Origin: Bacteroidales bacterium
Lineage (GTDB): Bacteria > Bacteroidota > Bacteroidia > Bacteroidales > P3
Assembly (NCBI GenBank): GCA_017561155.1
Contig: JAFZDP010000033.1
Location: 1,007-65,006, forward strand
Direction of reading: 5' to 3'
DNA: 64,000 nt
A model generated the notes under the pieces. It made no database searches and was not told the DNA's origin. It was given only the letters and a program-made list of their open reading frames with translations. This document shows, piece by piece, positions 8,524 through 16,991 of this stretch. The position numbers were made by a program, and so were the translations under genes. Each line of letters starts with the position of its first letter. Positions within the stretch are counted from its first letter, which is position 1.

Positions 8524-10221
8524 CTATCTATCGGACTGTTGTTTATTGCTTGCTGCTTCCGATACGTTGATTATGAAGTCGGCGGTTTTTTCGTATAGGG
8601 CGTACATGCTGCTGTATACGGTGCCGGTTTGGTAGTTGTATGTTCCGGATTTTATATCTTCCAAGTGTTGGTTTCGCAGTTTGTCGCGATATTGGTTTAT
8701 CTTGTTTTCTATGTCGATGGCAGCGTCGATGTCTGCATTGTCGTATTCGCTATGTAGGTTGTCGTTCATCACTTCCAATGCCCGGCTTACCATTTGGTGG
8801 ATGTTGTCAAGATTGGCTGTCAGTGTTTCGTCGAGGGTAACTTTGTTTTCGCGTTGGTTGTTTTTCAGTATCGATATTTGGTATATTGCATCGCCTATGC
8901 TTTCCATGTTATCTATTATTCTGAGCATCGAGCTTACACGTTGCGAACCTTTGTTACTTAGTTCTCCTTCGGCTATCTTGGTCAGGAATTTGGCTATCTC
9001 TATCTCCATGTTGTCGGTTATGTCTTCGTATTTTGCTATTCTAGCCATCAGCTTTTCGTAGTCTTCGGTTTTGGCAGTGTTGTCCAGATCTTTCAGGAAT
9101 CCGAACATTCGTAGCACACGTTGCGAGAAAACCTCTATTTCTTTTTTTGCTGTCTGTATGTCAAGTTCCGACGTGTTTACAAGTGTAGAAGGGATGTAGT
9201 GAAGTCTGAAGTTTTCGCTTTCGTCGTTGTTCACTCTGATAATGAAATTTACGATTTTGATTATTTGAGGGATAAACCACACCATTACCGCTGTGTTGGT
9301 AAGATTGAACAGCGAGTGGAATATAGAAAGAGCCACAGGCATTGCAGCTGCCGATACGAAGGGCGAAAGACCTTCGGTGCTTTCGGTTATGAATGCTACC
9401 AGTTTTAGGAAAGGGTAGAACACTATCAGCATCCATATTACACCTATTACGTTGAACACCAGGTGCGAGAGAGCCGCTCTCTTGGCGGTGTTGTTGGCTA
9501 CAGTGGCAGCAAGGTTGGCAGTGATGGTGGTGCCTATGTTTTCGCCAAGCACCATGGCAGCACCCACTTCGAAACCTATCCAGCCTTGGCTGCACATAAG
9601 TAGAGTGATGGCCATGGTGGCACTACTGGACTGTACTATGAGTGTGAGTATGGTACCGATAAGTACGAAGAGCAGTATCGACCGGTAACCCATATTGGAG
9701 TATTGGGCTATAAATTCCAATATCTGTGGGTGGTTGTTGATGTCGGGTATGCTGTTTTTCATAAACTCGATACCCAAGAATAGTACCGAAAAGCCTATTA
9801 TAAATTCGCCTATCGACTTGCGTTTGCTGTGTTTTGAGAATATGAAAGGTATGGAAAAGGCCACCAATGGTATTGCCAACTGAGCCATAGAGAATTTAAG
9901 TCCTAGCAGCGATATTATCCATGCGGTGGCTGTTGTGCCGATATTGGCGCCCATGATGATGGCTATGGCACCTGCAAGCGATAGCAGACCTGCATTGACA
10001 AAGCTGACCACCATGACGGTTGTAGCACTGGAACTTTGTATTACTGTGGTGACGAATGCTCCGGTAAGGATACCATTGAATGGTTTTGAGGTCATACGAG
10101 CAAGGATATTACGCATTTTGTTTCCTGCCAATTTTTGTAAACTTTCGCTCATCAGCTTCATTCCGTAAAGGAAGATACCTAGCGAACCTAGTGTGATAAG
10201 TAGATTAATTACTACGTTCAT
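8524..10221 (-). CDS. Na/Pi cotransporter family protein with PhoU-like C-terminal domain
   Basis: N-terminus LGSLGIFLYGMKLMSESLQK, duplicated NaPi_cotrn-type membrane repeats and a soluble helical C-terminal half. Confidence 0.9.
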   Translation of the reverse strand: MNVVINLLITLGSLGIFLYGMKLMSESLQKLAGNKMRNILARMTSKPFNGILTGAFVTTVIQSSSATTVMVVSFVNAGLLSLAGAIAIIMGANIGTTATAWIISLLGLKFSMAQLAIPLVAFSIPFIFSKHSKRKSIGEFIIGFSVLFLGIEFMKNSIPDINNHPQILEFIAQYSNMGYRSILLFVLIGTILTLIVQSSSATMAITLLMCSQGWIGFEVGAAMVLGENIGTTITANLAATVANNTAKRAALSHLVFNVIGVIWMLIVFYPFLKLVAFITESTEGLSPFVSAAAMPVALSIFHSLFNLTNTAVMVWFIPQIIKIVNFIIRVNNDESENFRLHYIPSTLVNTSELDIQTAKKEIEVFSQRVLRMFGFLKDLDNTAKTEDYEKLMARIAKYEDITDNMEIEIAKFLTKIAEGELSNKGSQRVSSMLRIIDNMESIGDAIYQISILKNNQRENKVTLDETLTANLDNIHQMVSRALEVMNDNLHSEYDNADIDAAIDIENKINQYRDKLRNQHLEDIKSGTYNYQTGTVYSSMYALYEKTADFIINVSEAASNKQQSDR

Positions 10222-10481
10222 AATTTTCGTTTTTTGTATTTGTTTTTTCTTTTTCTGTTATTTTCGGGGTGCAAAATTCTACAAAGATTGTTACTTACAG
10301 ATGAATTTTTTGTTACATTTTTGTTGCATATATTTCTTGTTTTGCTATTGCTTTGTAAATCAATGATTAATTCTGTTTGTATTACCGATATATCAATAAA
10401 AAAATATGATATATTGCATTAATATTACAATAAAAAGGAAATAATGTTTACAAAAACTAAAGGTAATTGATAAAAAAAACG

Positions 10482-10489
10482 TACTTTTG
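10482..10489 (+). promoter_or_regulatory. -7 box TACTTTTG
   Basis: 23 nt upstream of the ATG at 10512, which argues against the track's start at 10467. Confidence 0.6.
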
Positions 10490-10511
10490 CAAACCGAAAA
10501 ATAAATTATAT

Positions 10512-10934
10512 ATGGGCAGAATATTAGCAATAGATTATGGTCAGAAAAGAGTAGGTATAGCTGTAAGCGACGAGTTGCAGATAATAGCGACAGGACTTAC
10601 TACTGTAGAGACCAAGAAATGTATCGACTTTTTGAAAGAATATTGTAGCAAAGAAAATGTAAGTTGTTTTGTAGTGGGCGAGGCCAAACATTTGAACAAT
10701 ACTCCGTCGGAGTCGGCGAAATATATCGAGCCTTTTGTGGGACTGCTAAAGAAAACATTTCCCAATATATCGGTGGCGAGAGTTGATGAACGTTTTACAT
10801 CGAAGATGGCGTTCCAAACAATGATAGATTCGGGATTGAAGAAAAAGCAACGACAAAACAAGGCTTTGATAGACACAATAAGTGCGACTATTATATTGCA
10901 AACCTATATGAGCATGTCCGAAATGGGACGCTAA
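10512..10934 (+). CDS. ruvX: Holliday junction resolvase-like protein RuvX (YqgF)
   Basis: MGRILAIDYGQKRVGIAVSD is a YqgF signature; the protein is about 140 aa. Confidence 0.9.
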   Translation: MGRILAIDYGQKRVGIAVSDELQIIATGLTTVETKKCIDFLKEYCSKENVSCFVVGEAKHLNNTPSESAKYIEPFVGLLKKTFPNISVARVDERFTSKMAFQTMIDSGLKKKQRQNKALIDTISATIILQTYMSMSEMGR

Positions 10935-10997
10935 TGCTTTCCTAAAAACGCTTGCGAAACTGTATTAGTAAGTTTTTATATTGTATTTAATTAGAGA

Positions 10998-11031
10998 AGG
11001 GAATCAAAAACTATCAAGTTTCTGATTCCCT
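10998..11031. terminator. Hairpin between convergent ruvX and typA
   Basis: Stem AGGGAATCA pairs with TGATTCCCT. Confidence 0.55.
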
Positions 11032-11060
11032 TTCTGTATTTAGGGCGTTAGCCTATTATA

Positions 11061-12896
11061 TTATTCGTCAATTTCTTCTAATGCTTTTTGAGCACGTTTG
11101 CGCGATACTTCGTCTAACAATATTTTTCGTATACGAAGCGACTGTGGAGTAATTTCCAAATATTCGTCTTCGCGGATGTATTCCATAGCTTCTTCAAGCG
11201 AGAACTTTGTGGCAGGTATAGTGGTCGATTTGTCGTCGGCACTTTTACTACGCATATTGGTAAGGTTCTTGGCTACGATAACGTTGATCACGATGTCGCT
11301 GTCGGGTCTTAAACCTTCGCCTACTACTTGTCCGGCATATACTTCTTCGCCCGGTTCTATAAAGAATTGACCTCTGTCTTGGAGCTTGCTAATGCTGTAT
11401 GCTGTCGACGTACCTGTTTCTTTGGCTATAAGAGCTCCCATCTTGTAGGTACCCATTTCGCCTTTCCAAGGTTCGTATGCTTTAAAGCGGTGTGCTATTA
11501 TAGCTTCGCCGTTCGATGCTGTAAGCAAGTTGTTTCTCAAGCCTATTATACCTCTCGATGGTATTGTAAATTCTAGTTGTACACGGTCGCCTTTGGTGTC
11601 TATCGAGTTTACCTCGCCTTTTCTGCGTGTAACTATATCGATAATTTTGCTGCTGAATTCTTCCGGAACAAGTATTGTAAGTTGTTCTACAGGTTCGCAG
11701 CGTTTGCCATCTATTTCTTTTATGATAACCTTTGGCTGTCCTACTTGTAGTTCGTAGCCTTCGCGACGCATAGTTTCGATAAGCACAGAAAGGTGAAGAA
11801 TACCACGACCAAACACGATCAACGAGTCGGGAGAGTCGGTTTCTTCTATTCTCATGGCTAAGTTTTTCTCTAGTTCTTTGAACAAGCGTTCGCGGATATG
11901 ACGCGATGTTACAAACTTACCTTCTTTGCCAAAGAATGGAGAGTTGTTGATAGTGAAAAGCATACTCATGGTAGGCTCGTCTATCTTGATAGGTTTAAGA
12001 GGTTCGGGATTGTCGATATCGCAGATAGTGTCGCCAATTTCGAAGTTTACGTTCTTGTCAAGGTCTAGCAATACTGCTGTTATTTCGCCTGCAGCGATAG
12101 GATTTTTTATTCTTTCTTTTCCCAATCCTTCAAAAACGTATAGTTCTTTTATTCTGGAACGTATTTGAGCGCCATCTCTTTTTACAAGCATTACTTCTTG
12201 TCCGGCTTGCAATGTGCCGCGTTGTAGACGTCCAACTGCTATACGACCTATGTAAGAGCTGTAGTCCAACGACGAAATCATCATCTGAGTGTTACCTTCT
12301 TCAACTTTAGGAGCAGGGATATGCTCTACTATCAAATCCATAAGGTAAGAAATATCTTCGGTAGGAGTATTCCAGTCGGCACTCATCCATCCATGTTTCG
12401 ACGAACCGTATGCTGTAGGGAAATCCAATTGGTTTTCGTTGGCACCAAGGTTAAACATTAGGTCGAACACAGCTTCTTGTGTAAGTTCGGGAGTACAGTT
12501 TGGTTTGTCTACCTTGTTTACTACTACTATTGGTTTTAGATTAAGTTCTATAGCTTTTTGTAGCACAAAACGAGTTTGAGGCATAGGACCTTCAAAAGCA
12601 TCAACTACAAGAAGTACACCATCGGCCATGTTCAACACACGTTCTACTTCTCCTCCAAAGTCGCTGTGGCCCGGAGTATCTATGATATTAATCTTAGTTC
12701 CTTTGTAGTTTACCGACACATTTTTGGACAATATAGTGATACCACGTTCGCGTTCCAAATCGTTGTTGTCAAGAATAAGATTATTGGTTTCTTGGTTTTC
12801 TCTGAAGAGCTTTGCCTGGTGCAACATACGGTCTACCAAGGTAGTTTTGCCATGGTCGACATGTGCTATAATTGCAATATTACGAATATTTTGCAT
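11061..12896 (-). CDS. typA: Translational GTPase TypA/BipA
   Basis: [30 protein letters not shown]; 611 aa with an EF-G-like domain order. Confidence 0.95.
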   Translation of the reverse strand: MQNIRNIAIIAHVDHGKTTLVDRMLHQAKLFRENQETNNLILDNNDLERERGITILSKNVSVNYKGTKINIIDTPGHSDFGGEVERVLNMADGVLLVVDAFEGPMPQTRFVLQKAIELNLKPIVVVNKVDKPNCTPELTQEAVFDLMFNLGANENQLDFPTAYGSSKHGWMSADWNTPTEDISYLMDLIVEHIPAPKVEEGNTQMMISSLDYSSYIGRIAVGRLQRGTLQAGQEVMLVKRDGAQIRSRIKELYVFEGLGKERIKNPIAAGEITAVLLDLDKNVNFEIGDTICDIDNPEPLKPIKIDEPTMSMLFTINNSPFFGKEGKFVTSRHIRERLFKELEKNLAMRIEETDSPDSLIVFGRGILHLSVLIETMRREGYELQVGQPKVIIKEIDGKRCEPVEQLTILVPEEFSSKIIDIVTRRKGEVNSIDTKGDRVQLEFTIPSRGIIGLRNNLLTASNGEAIIAHRFKAYEPWKGEMGTYKMGALIAKETGTSTAYSISKLQDRGQFFIEPGEEVYAGQVVGEGLRPDSDIVINVIVAKNLTNMRSKSADDKSTTIPATKFSLEEAMEYIREDEYLEITPQSLRIRKILLDEVSRKRAQKALEEIDE

Positions 12897-12933
12897 ATAA
12901 ATTTAATCTTTTTATGGTAGTTAAAAAACATTG

Positions 12934-12941
12934 CAAAGGTA
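12934..12941 (-). promoter_or_regulatory. -7 box TACCTTTG (minus strand)
   Basis: Plus strand reads CAAAGGTA; 38 nt upstream of the typA ATG. Confidence 0.6.
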
Positions 12942-13050
12942 CGAAAAAAAACTGAACCTACAGCAACGTTTCCGAAAAACTATGCTATTTTTTGCTACTT
13001 AGTGTTGTTTGGAAACAAAATAGAGGCTACTATTTATTGCTTAAAATAAT

Positions 13051-13072
13051 AGGCGACCAACATTGGTCGCCT
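13051..13072 (-). terminator. Hairpin downstream of the DUF805 gene
   Basis: Stem AGGCGACCA pairs with TGGTCGCCT. Confidence 0.5.
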
Positions 13073-13080
13073 ACATAATA

Positions 13081-14109
13081 TTATTGTATATTTTCTGTTT
13101 CCACGTTTTTGGGGTCTATGTTTCCTGTTTTATTATCTTCTTTAGGATTGGGTCCCCATTTGTTTTGGCCGGGTTGGCTGTCTTTTGCCAGTATGGAATA
13201 GAACCAGATAAGAGAACCTAGAAAAAGTAAAATCGGAGGACAAAATACTACAAGCGGATTATTTGGGAATATTAGTACTAATATCATTATCATTATTGCT
13301 ATTATAAAAATTACGACATAAGGAGTAATTACCCACCAACCACTTTTTCCTATATCGTGAAGACGGCGAATCAATACTGCCAGAGATGGGAAGAAAACAG
13401 CCAAATTGTATATTGCAGAAATTATATAAAGGAAATAAAGAAGCCATTCACTTGTTGCTAAAAATAGAAATTCGAATGTGAAAAAAATAAATTGTATTAT
13501 AAAATTTACTGCGATGAACATCCAAAATTCCGATCGATGTGCTCTGCCCGAGAAGTCAAAATAGTGCTCGAAACATTTGGTAAAGTATTTAAAGCAGTCT
13601 GTATTAGCTTCGTCTTCGGGTGTTAAAGGGTCTTTGGGATTAAGTCCCCATTTGTTTTCGCCGGTTTCACCTTCTTTGCACAACAAAACAATAAACCAAA
13701 TCCAAATAGCTATCTCTGCAAGAATAATAATGCTACCGATTAAATACGGAATAGTGCTAAAGATGCTATTACCTGAATCATCGAAAGGAAAATAGAATAA
13801 GAAACAACCAACTATAGATAATATTCCGACAGCGATAATGTATTTTAGGAATAACCATCCACTTTTACCTATATCGTGCAAACGACGTACTACTACACTA
13901 TAAGATGGGAAAAGCATTGCTAATGTATACAACAAAGTAAATACCGGAACCCCATCGTCGGGAAATGCATGTAGTACTAATACAAAATCCAGTATAAAAA
14001 AGATTAAACTGATGATAAAATTGGTAAGAGTGAACATCCAAAACTCTTTGCGACGTGCTCTGCCTTTAAAGTCAGAATACTGACGAATGCATTTTAGAAA
14101 CCATTCCAT
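13081..14109 (-). CDS. Tandem-duplicated DUF805 membrane protein
   Basis: Two copies of the pattern GRA(R/H)R.EFWMF ... RRLHDIGKSGW ... G.NKWG.NPK within one ORF. Confidence 0.8.
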   Translation of the reverse strand: MEWFLKCIRQYSDFKGRARRKEFWMFTLTNFIISLIFFILDFVLVLHAFPDDGVPVFTLLYTLAMLFPSYSVVVRRLHDIGKSGWLFLKYIIAVGILSIVGCFLFYFPFDDSGNSIFSTIPYLIGSIIILAEIAIWIWFIVLLCKEGETGENKWGLNPKDPLTPEDEANTDCFKYFTKCFEHYFDFSGRAHRSEFWMFIAVNFIIQFIFFTFEFLFLATSEWLLYFLYIISAIYNLAVFFPSLAVLIRRLHDIGKSGWWVITPYVVIFIIAIMIMILVLIFPNNPLVVFCPPILLFLGSLIWFYSILAKDSQPGQNKWGPNPKEDNKTGNIDPKNVETENIQ

Positions 14110-14174
14110 AATGATTGTGTTTTAATTAATAAATATGACGATCTGAATATTTCTTTTACTGAAAAGTTAACACG

Positions 14175-14336
14175 CTAAAAGAGTACTTCTTCTGTTTGGT
14201 AGTAGCCTTTGCTGCGAATGTTGTAGATGGTTCTGTTCACAACCCTGTGACAGCCTTCTGCCGATATTACCATTTGGGTGGTTGTGCAGCTCGACAATAG
14301 CCAAGCTATTCCCGGAAATACCATTATTTTTTTCAT
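14175..14336 (-). CDS. Small putative lipoprotein (53 aa), absent from the ORF track
   Basis: My translation is MKKIMVFPGIAWLLSSCTTTQMVISAEGCHRVVNRTIYNIRSKGYYQTEEVLF. It has a lipobox-like LLSSC. No recognisable promoter box. Confidence 0.35.
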   Translation of the reverse strand: MKKIMVFPGIAWLLSSCTTTQMVISAEGCHRVVNRTIYNIRSKGYYQTEEVLF

Positions 14337-14531
14337 ATCGTTTGTATTAACTTATCAATATCGTTGTTTAAAATTTCAAATACAGTATTTGCATTGTTTA
14401 ATTATCAATGTTTTATGTAGAATGCTGTATTTCTCTACGAGCAACAAAAATACACAATTAATATTATATTGCCAAAGATTTCATGCTTTTTTTCTAAAGC
14501 TTGTCTTGTGTTATTCATTTGCATATAAAAT

Positions 14532-14561
14532 AAAAGACGCACGATTATTCGAGCGTCTTTT
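14532..14561. terminator. Hairpin just downstream of the T9SS-cargo gene
   Basis: Stem AAAAGACGC pairs with GCGTCTTTT, with AT-rich flanks. Confidence 0.6.
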
Positions 14562-14566
14562 ATTAT

Positions 14567-16753
14567 TTACTGAGAGAAAACATCTGACATTTTCATTAGT
14601 CGTATTGTGTGGGTCTTGCCGGTGTTGGTAGTAATAGTGAGCAAATATGTGGCCTGAGGGCGAGCCGTAAGGTCGAGAGTGTATCTCCCGGGTGCTTCGG
14701 CTGCGAGATATACTTGTTCGCGACGGCCCAGTATATCGGTAAGCCATGCTGTTGCTACTCCGTTTTCTATTTTCAAGTCGCCGTTTTCCACCTGAATAGT
14801 TATCCTTTGTCGAAAAGGATTTGGATATGCAACAAAAGCCTCTTCGTCGCCAACTACGGTGATATGTACATCGCCGGCACCATGACTTGTGGAATCGTAA
14901 ACATAGGGATTCATAAAAGCAGTGTCGCTGTAGCGGGCAATGTAGGCTGTGCTGCTACCATAATAGTTGACATGGAATCTGCCCAAATCGGCAGCCGAAC
15001 ATAATGTACCGCTAACCCATACCGAACTATCCTTTAGATGAATATATCCTTGTTCGTCGTACTTACCTTCGGAGTTGTAGTCGATAAAGGCAATCTCGTG
15101 TCCATCATAGTCCCATACAAAAAGTCCCATACCATATCCTCTGCTTATCATAGTGTCTTGAAACAATATATTGGATTGGAACTTCACTTGACAAAATACT
15201 CTGTTGTCTTTTACAGCAAACGATCCGTTATGAGCACGTCGCCATTTGTCTACAAGCATGTATGTCCTTTTCCAATTGCAGTAATCGTCGGCACGAGCCT
15301 TACCATACGAAATAAAGCTTAGGTCGTCGGCATCAAGACGCATCCAACAAGCGTTACGGCTAAGATCGAGGTGGGTGCCGTTGTATTTAAGCGAGTCGTA
15401 ATCTGTATCTGCATATCCCATTAAGAATAAGCTGTTCGTTGCAGTATCTACGGTGGTATTTAGCCACACCAATCCGCCCATTGTATGTCCGCTTGGTATA
15501 TACGTGGTAGGATTTTGCACTATTCCCGTAGGTATAAATTCCGGCGAGTATCGCAACATGCAGTGGGTCCATTCCATTGCCAACGATCGAGAGTATTTTA
15601 TGGGCAAAGTATCCATTCGTGGCAATTGCGAGCGTTCCAAACAAATGTACATATTATCCTTGGAATCGATTTCGAAAGAATGCAGGTGGACAGAAATCAT
15701 TTCATTCAAGTCGTATTCCCAAGTTTTGTCAAATATATATGCACTTGCAATAACGCTATCGAAATTTGGCGTTAGCTTGATAAGTTGCCAATTCCATACA
15801 CTCGAACGCTCCAAAGGGATGTCCAACTGCTTTTCACCACCATTAATCAGCATTCGACGCGAAACAAGATTACCCTCTGTAGGCGACCAAATATAAATTC
15901 CGTCGGGACAGGTGTCGCAATAAGAAGCATATAAATCGTATGTTCTACGAAGCAGAATAATATTTCCTTCGCTATCGATATTGAACGACATAGGAGAACC
16001 TAGTGTCACCAAATTGTTAGTAACATTATCTTTCAACAGCGAGCCATCGGGCTTAACATAGGATTCCATAAAGAAAAGTTCATCAACTATACTGCCGTCT
16101 TTCAAATCAAACGTGATTAATGCATTTGTTCCATGATGGCTTACATTCAAACTATCGGGATATTGAGGAAAATGATCAGCGGTGGTAAGAAGCGTGTCGA
16201 AGTAATATACTATATTTGTGCTGCCATAGCCTTCATCAAAAGGATAAGTAATGCCGGTATATAGCATAATGGCTGAGTCGCCTTTCATTCTTATTGTCCA
16301 AGAATCCATGTCGTAATAACTCGAATACAACTCTTTGTGCCATACAAGGTCGCCATTCGGAGAATATTTGGCAAGAAGAGTACTGCGGTTACGTTGTGAC
16401 GAAAAAGGAAGTATTCCGGATGTTGCGTCGGTACCTCCGTCCCAACGGGCTCCGCCAATAAACTGACCAAGTATGTAAACATTACCCTCGCTATCCATCA
16501 CCGAGCCGAGTATTTCATTTACAGGAGTATCATCGAGGTTATCAGGACCATAATAGCTTCGCACCCAATCGAAGTTTTGTGCATTGGAAGAAAGGGTAAA
16601 CACAGCGAATGCCACTAACAAAATGTACCTTTTGATATTCGTGTAGCTTTCAGACAGAAAATTTGTATATAGCTGCTTTCTGCTATTTTTTCTTTTTGGG
16701 GTATTTTCTATGCAGGAAGAAATATCCCCATGTTGTAGTTTTGACTTATTCAT
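14567..16753 (-). CDS. Secreted protein with T9SS type A C-terminal sorting domain
   Basis: Internal signal-like KRYILLVAFAVFTLSSNAQ. The C-terminus FVAYPNPFRQRITIQ...YLLTITTNTGKTHTIRLMK resembles a Por_Secre_tail. Confidence 0.7.
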   Translation of the reverse strand: MNKSKLQHGDISSCIENTPKRKNSRKQLYTNFLSESYTNIKRYILLVAFAVFTLSSNAQNFDWVRSYYGPDNLDDTPVNEILGSVMDSEGNVYILGQFIGGARWDGGTDATSGILPFSSQRNRSTLLAKYSPNGDLVWHKELYSSYYDMDSWTIRMKGDSAIMLYTGITYPFDEGYGSTNIVYYFDTLLTTADHFPQYPDSLNVSHHGTNALITFDLKDGSIVDELFFMESYVKPDGSLLKDNVTNNLVTLGSPMSFNIDSEGNIILLRRTYDLYASYCDTCPDGIYIWSPTEGNLVSRRMLINGGEKQLDIPLERSSVWNWQLIKLTPNFDSVIASAYIFDKTWEYDLNEMISVHLHSFEIDSKDNMYICLERSQLPRMDTLPIKYSRSLAMEWTHCMLRYSPEFIPTGIVQNPTTYIPSGHTMGGLVWLNTTVDTATNSLFLMGYADTDYDSLKYNGTHLDLSRNACWMRLDADDLSFISYGKARADDYCNWKRTYMLVDKWRRAHNGSFAVKDNRVFCQVKFQSNILFQDTMISRGYGMGLFVWDYDGHEIAFIDYNSEGKYDEQGYIHLKDSSVWVSGTLCSAADLGRFHVNYYGSSTAYIARYSDTAFMNPYVYDSTSHGAGDVHITVVGDEEAFVAYPNPFRQRITIQVENGDLKIENGVATAWLTDILGRREQVYLAAEAPGRYTLDLTARPQATYLLTITTNTGKTHTIRLMKMSDVFSQ

Positions 16754-16922
16754 AATTTTACATTTAGTTTTGCATATATGACTGTTTTTTGTCCGATTTG
16801 GTTGTTAAACGCAAGTTAAATATTCTTATTTTTTTCGTATTGAAATATTTTTTACATTTATGCTTAAACAAGCAATAGTCGATGCAATTGTTCTAAAACT
16901 TTCATATATCGGAAAAATATCG

Positions 16923-16930
16923 TAAATTTG
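16923..16930 (+). promoter_or_regulatory. -7 box TAAATTTG
   Basis: 62 nt upstream of the ATG at 16992. Confidence 0.5.
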
Positions 16931-16991
16931 CACACTGTTTTAGCATTGGCAAAACGTAGAAAAATAGATAAAATAATTAATATACAACAAA

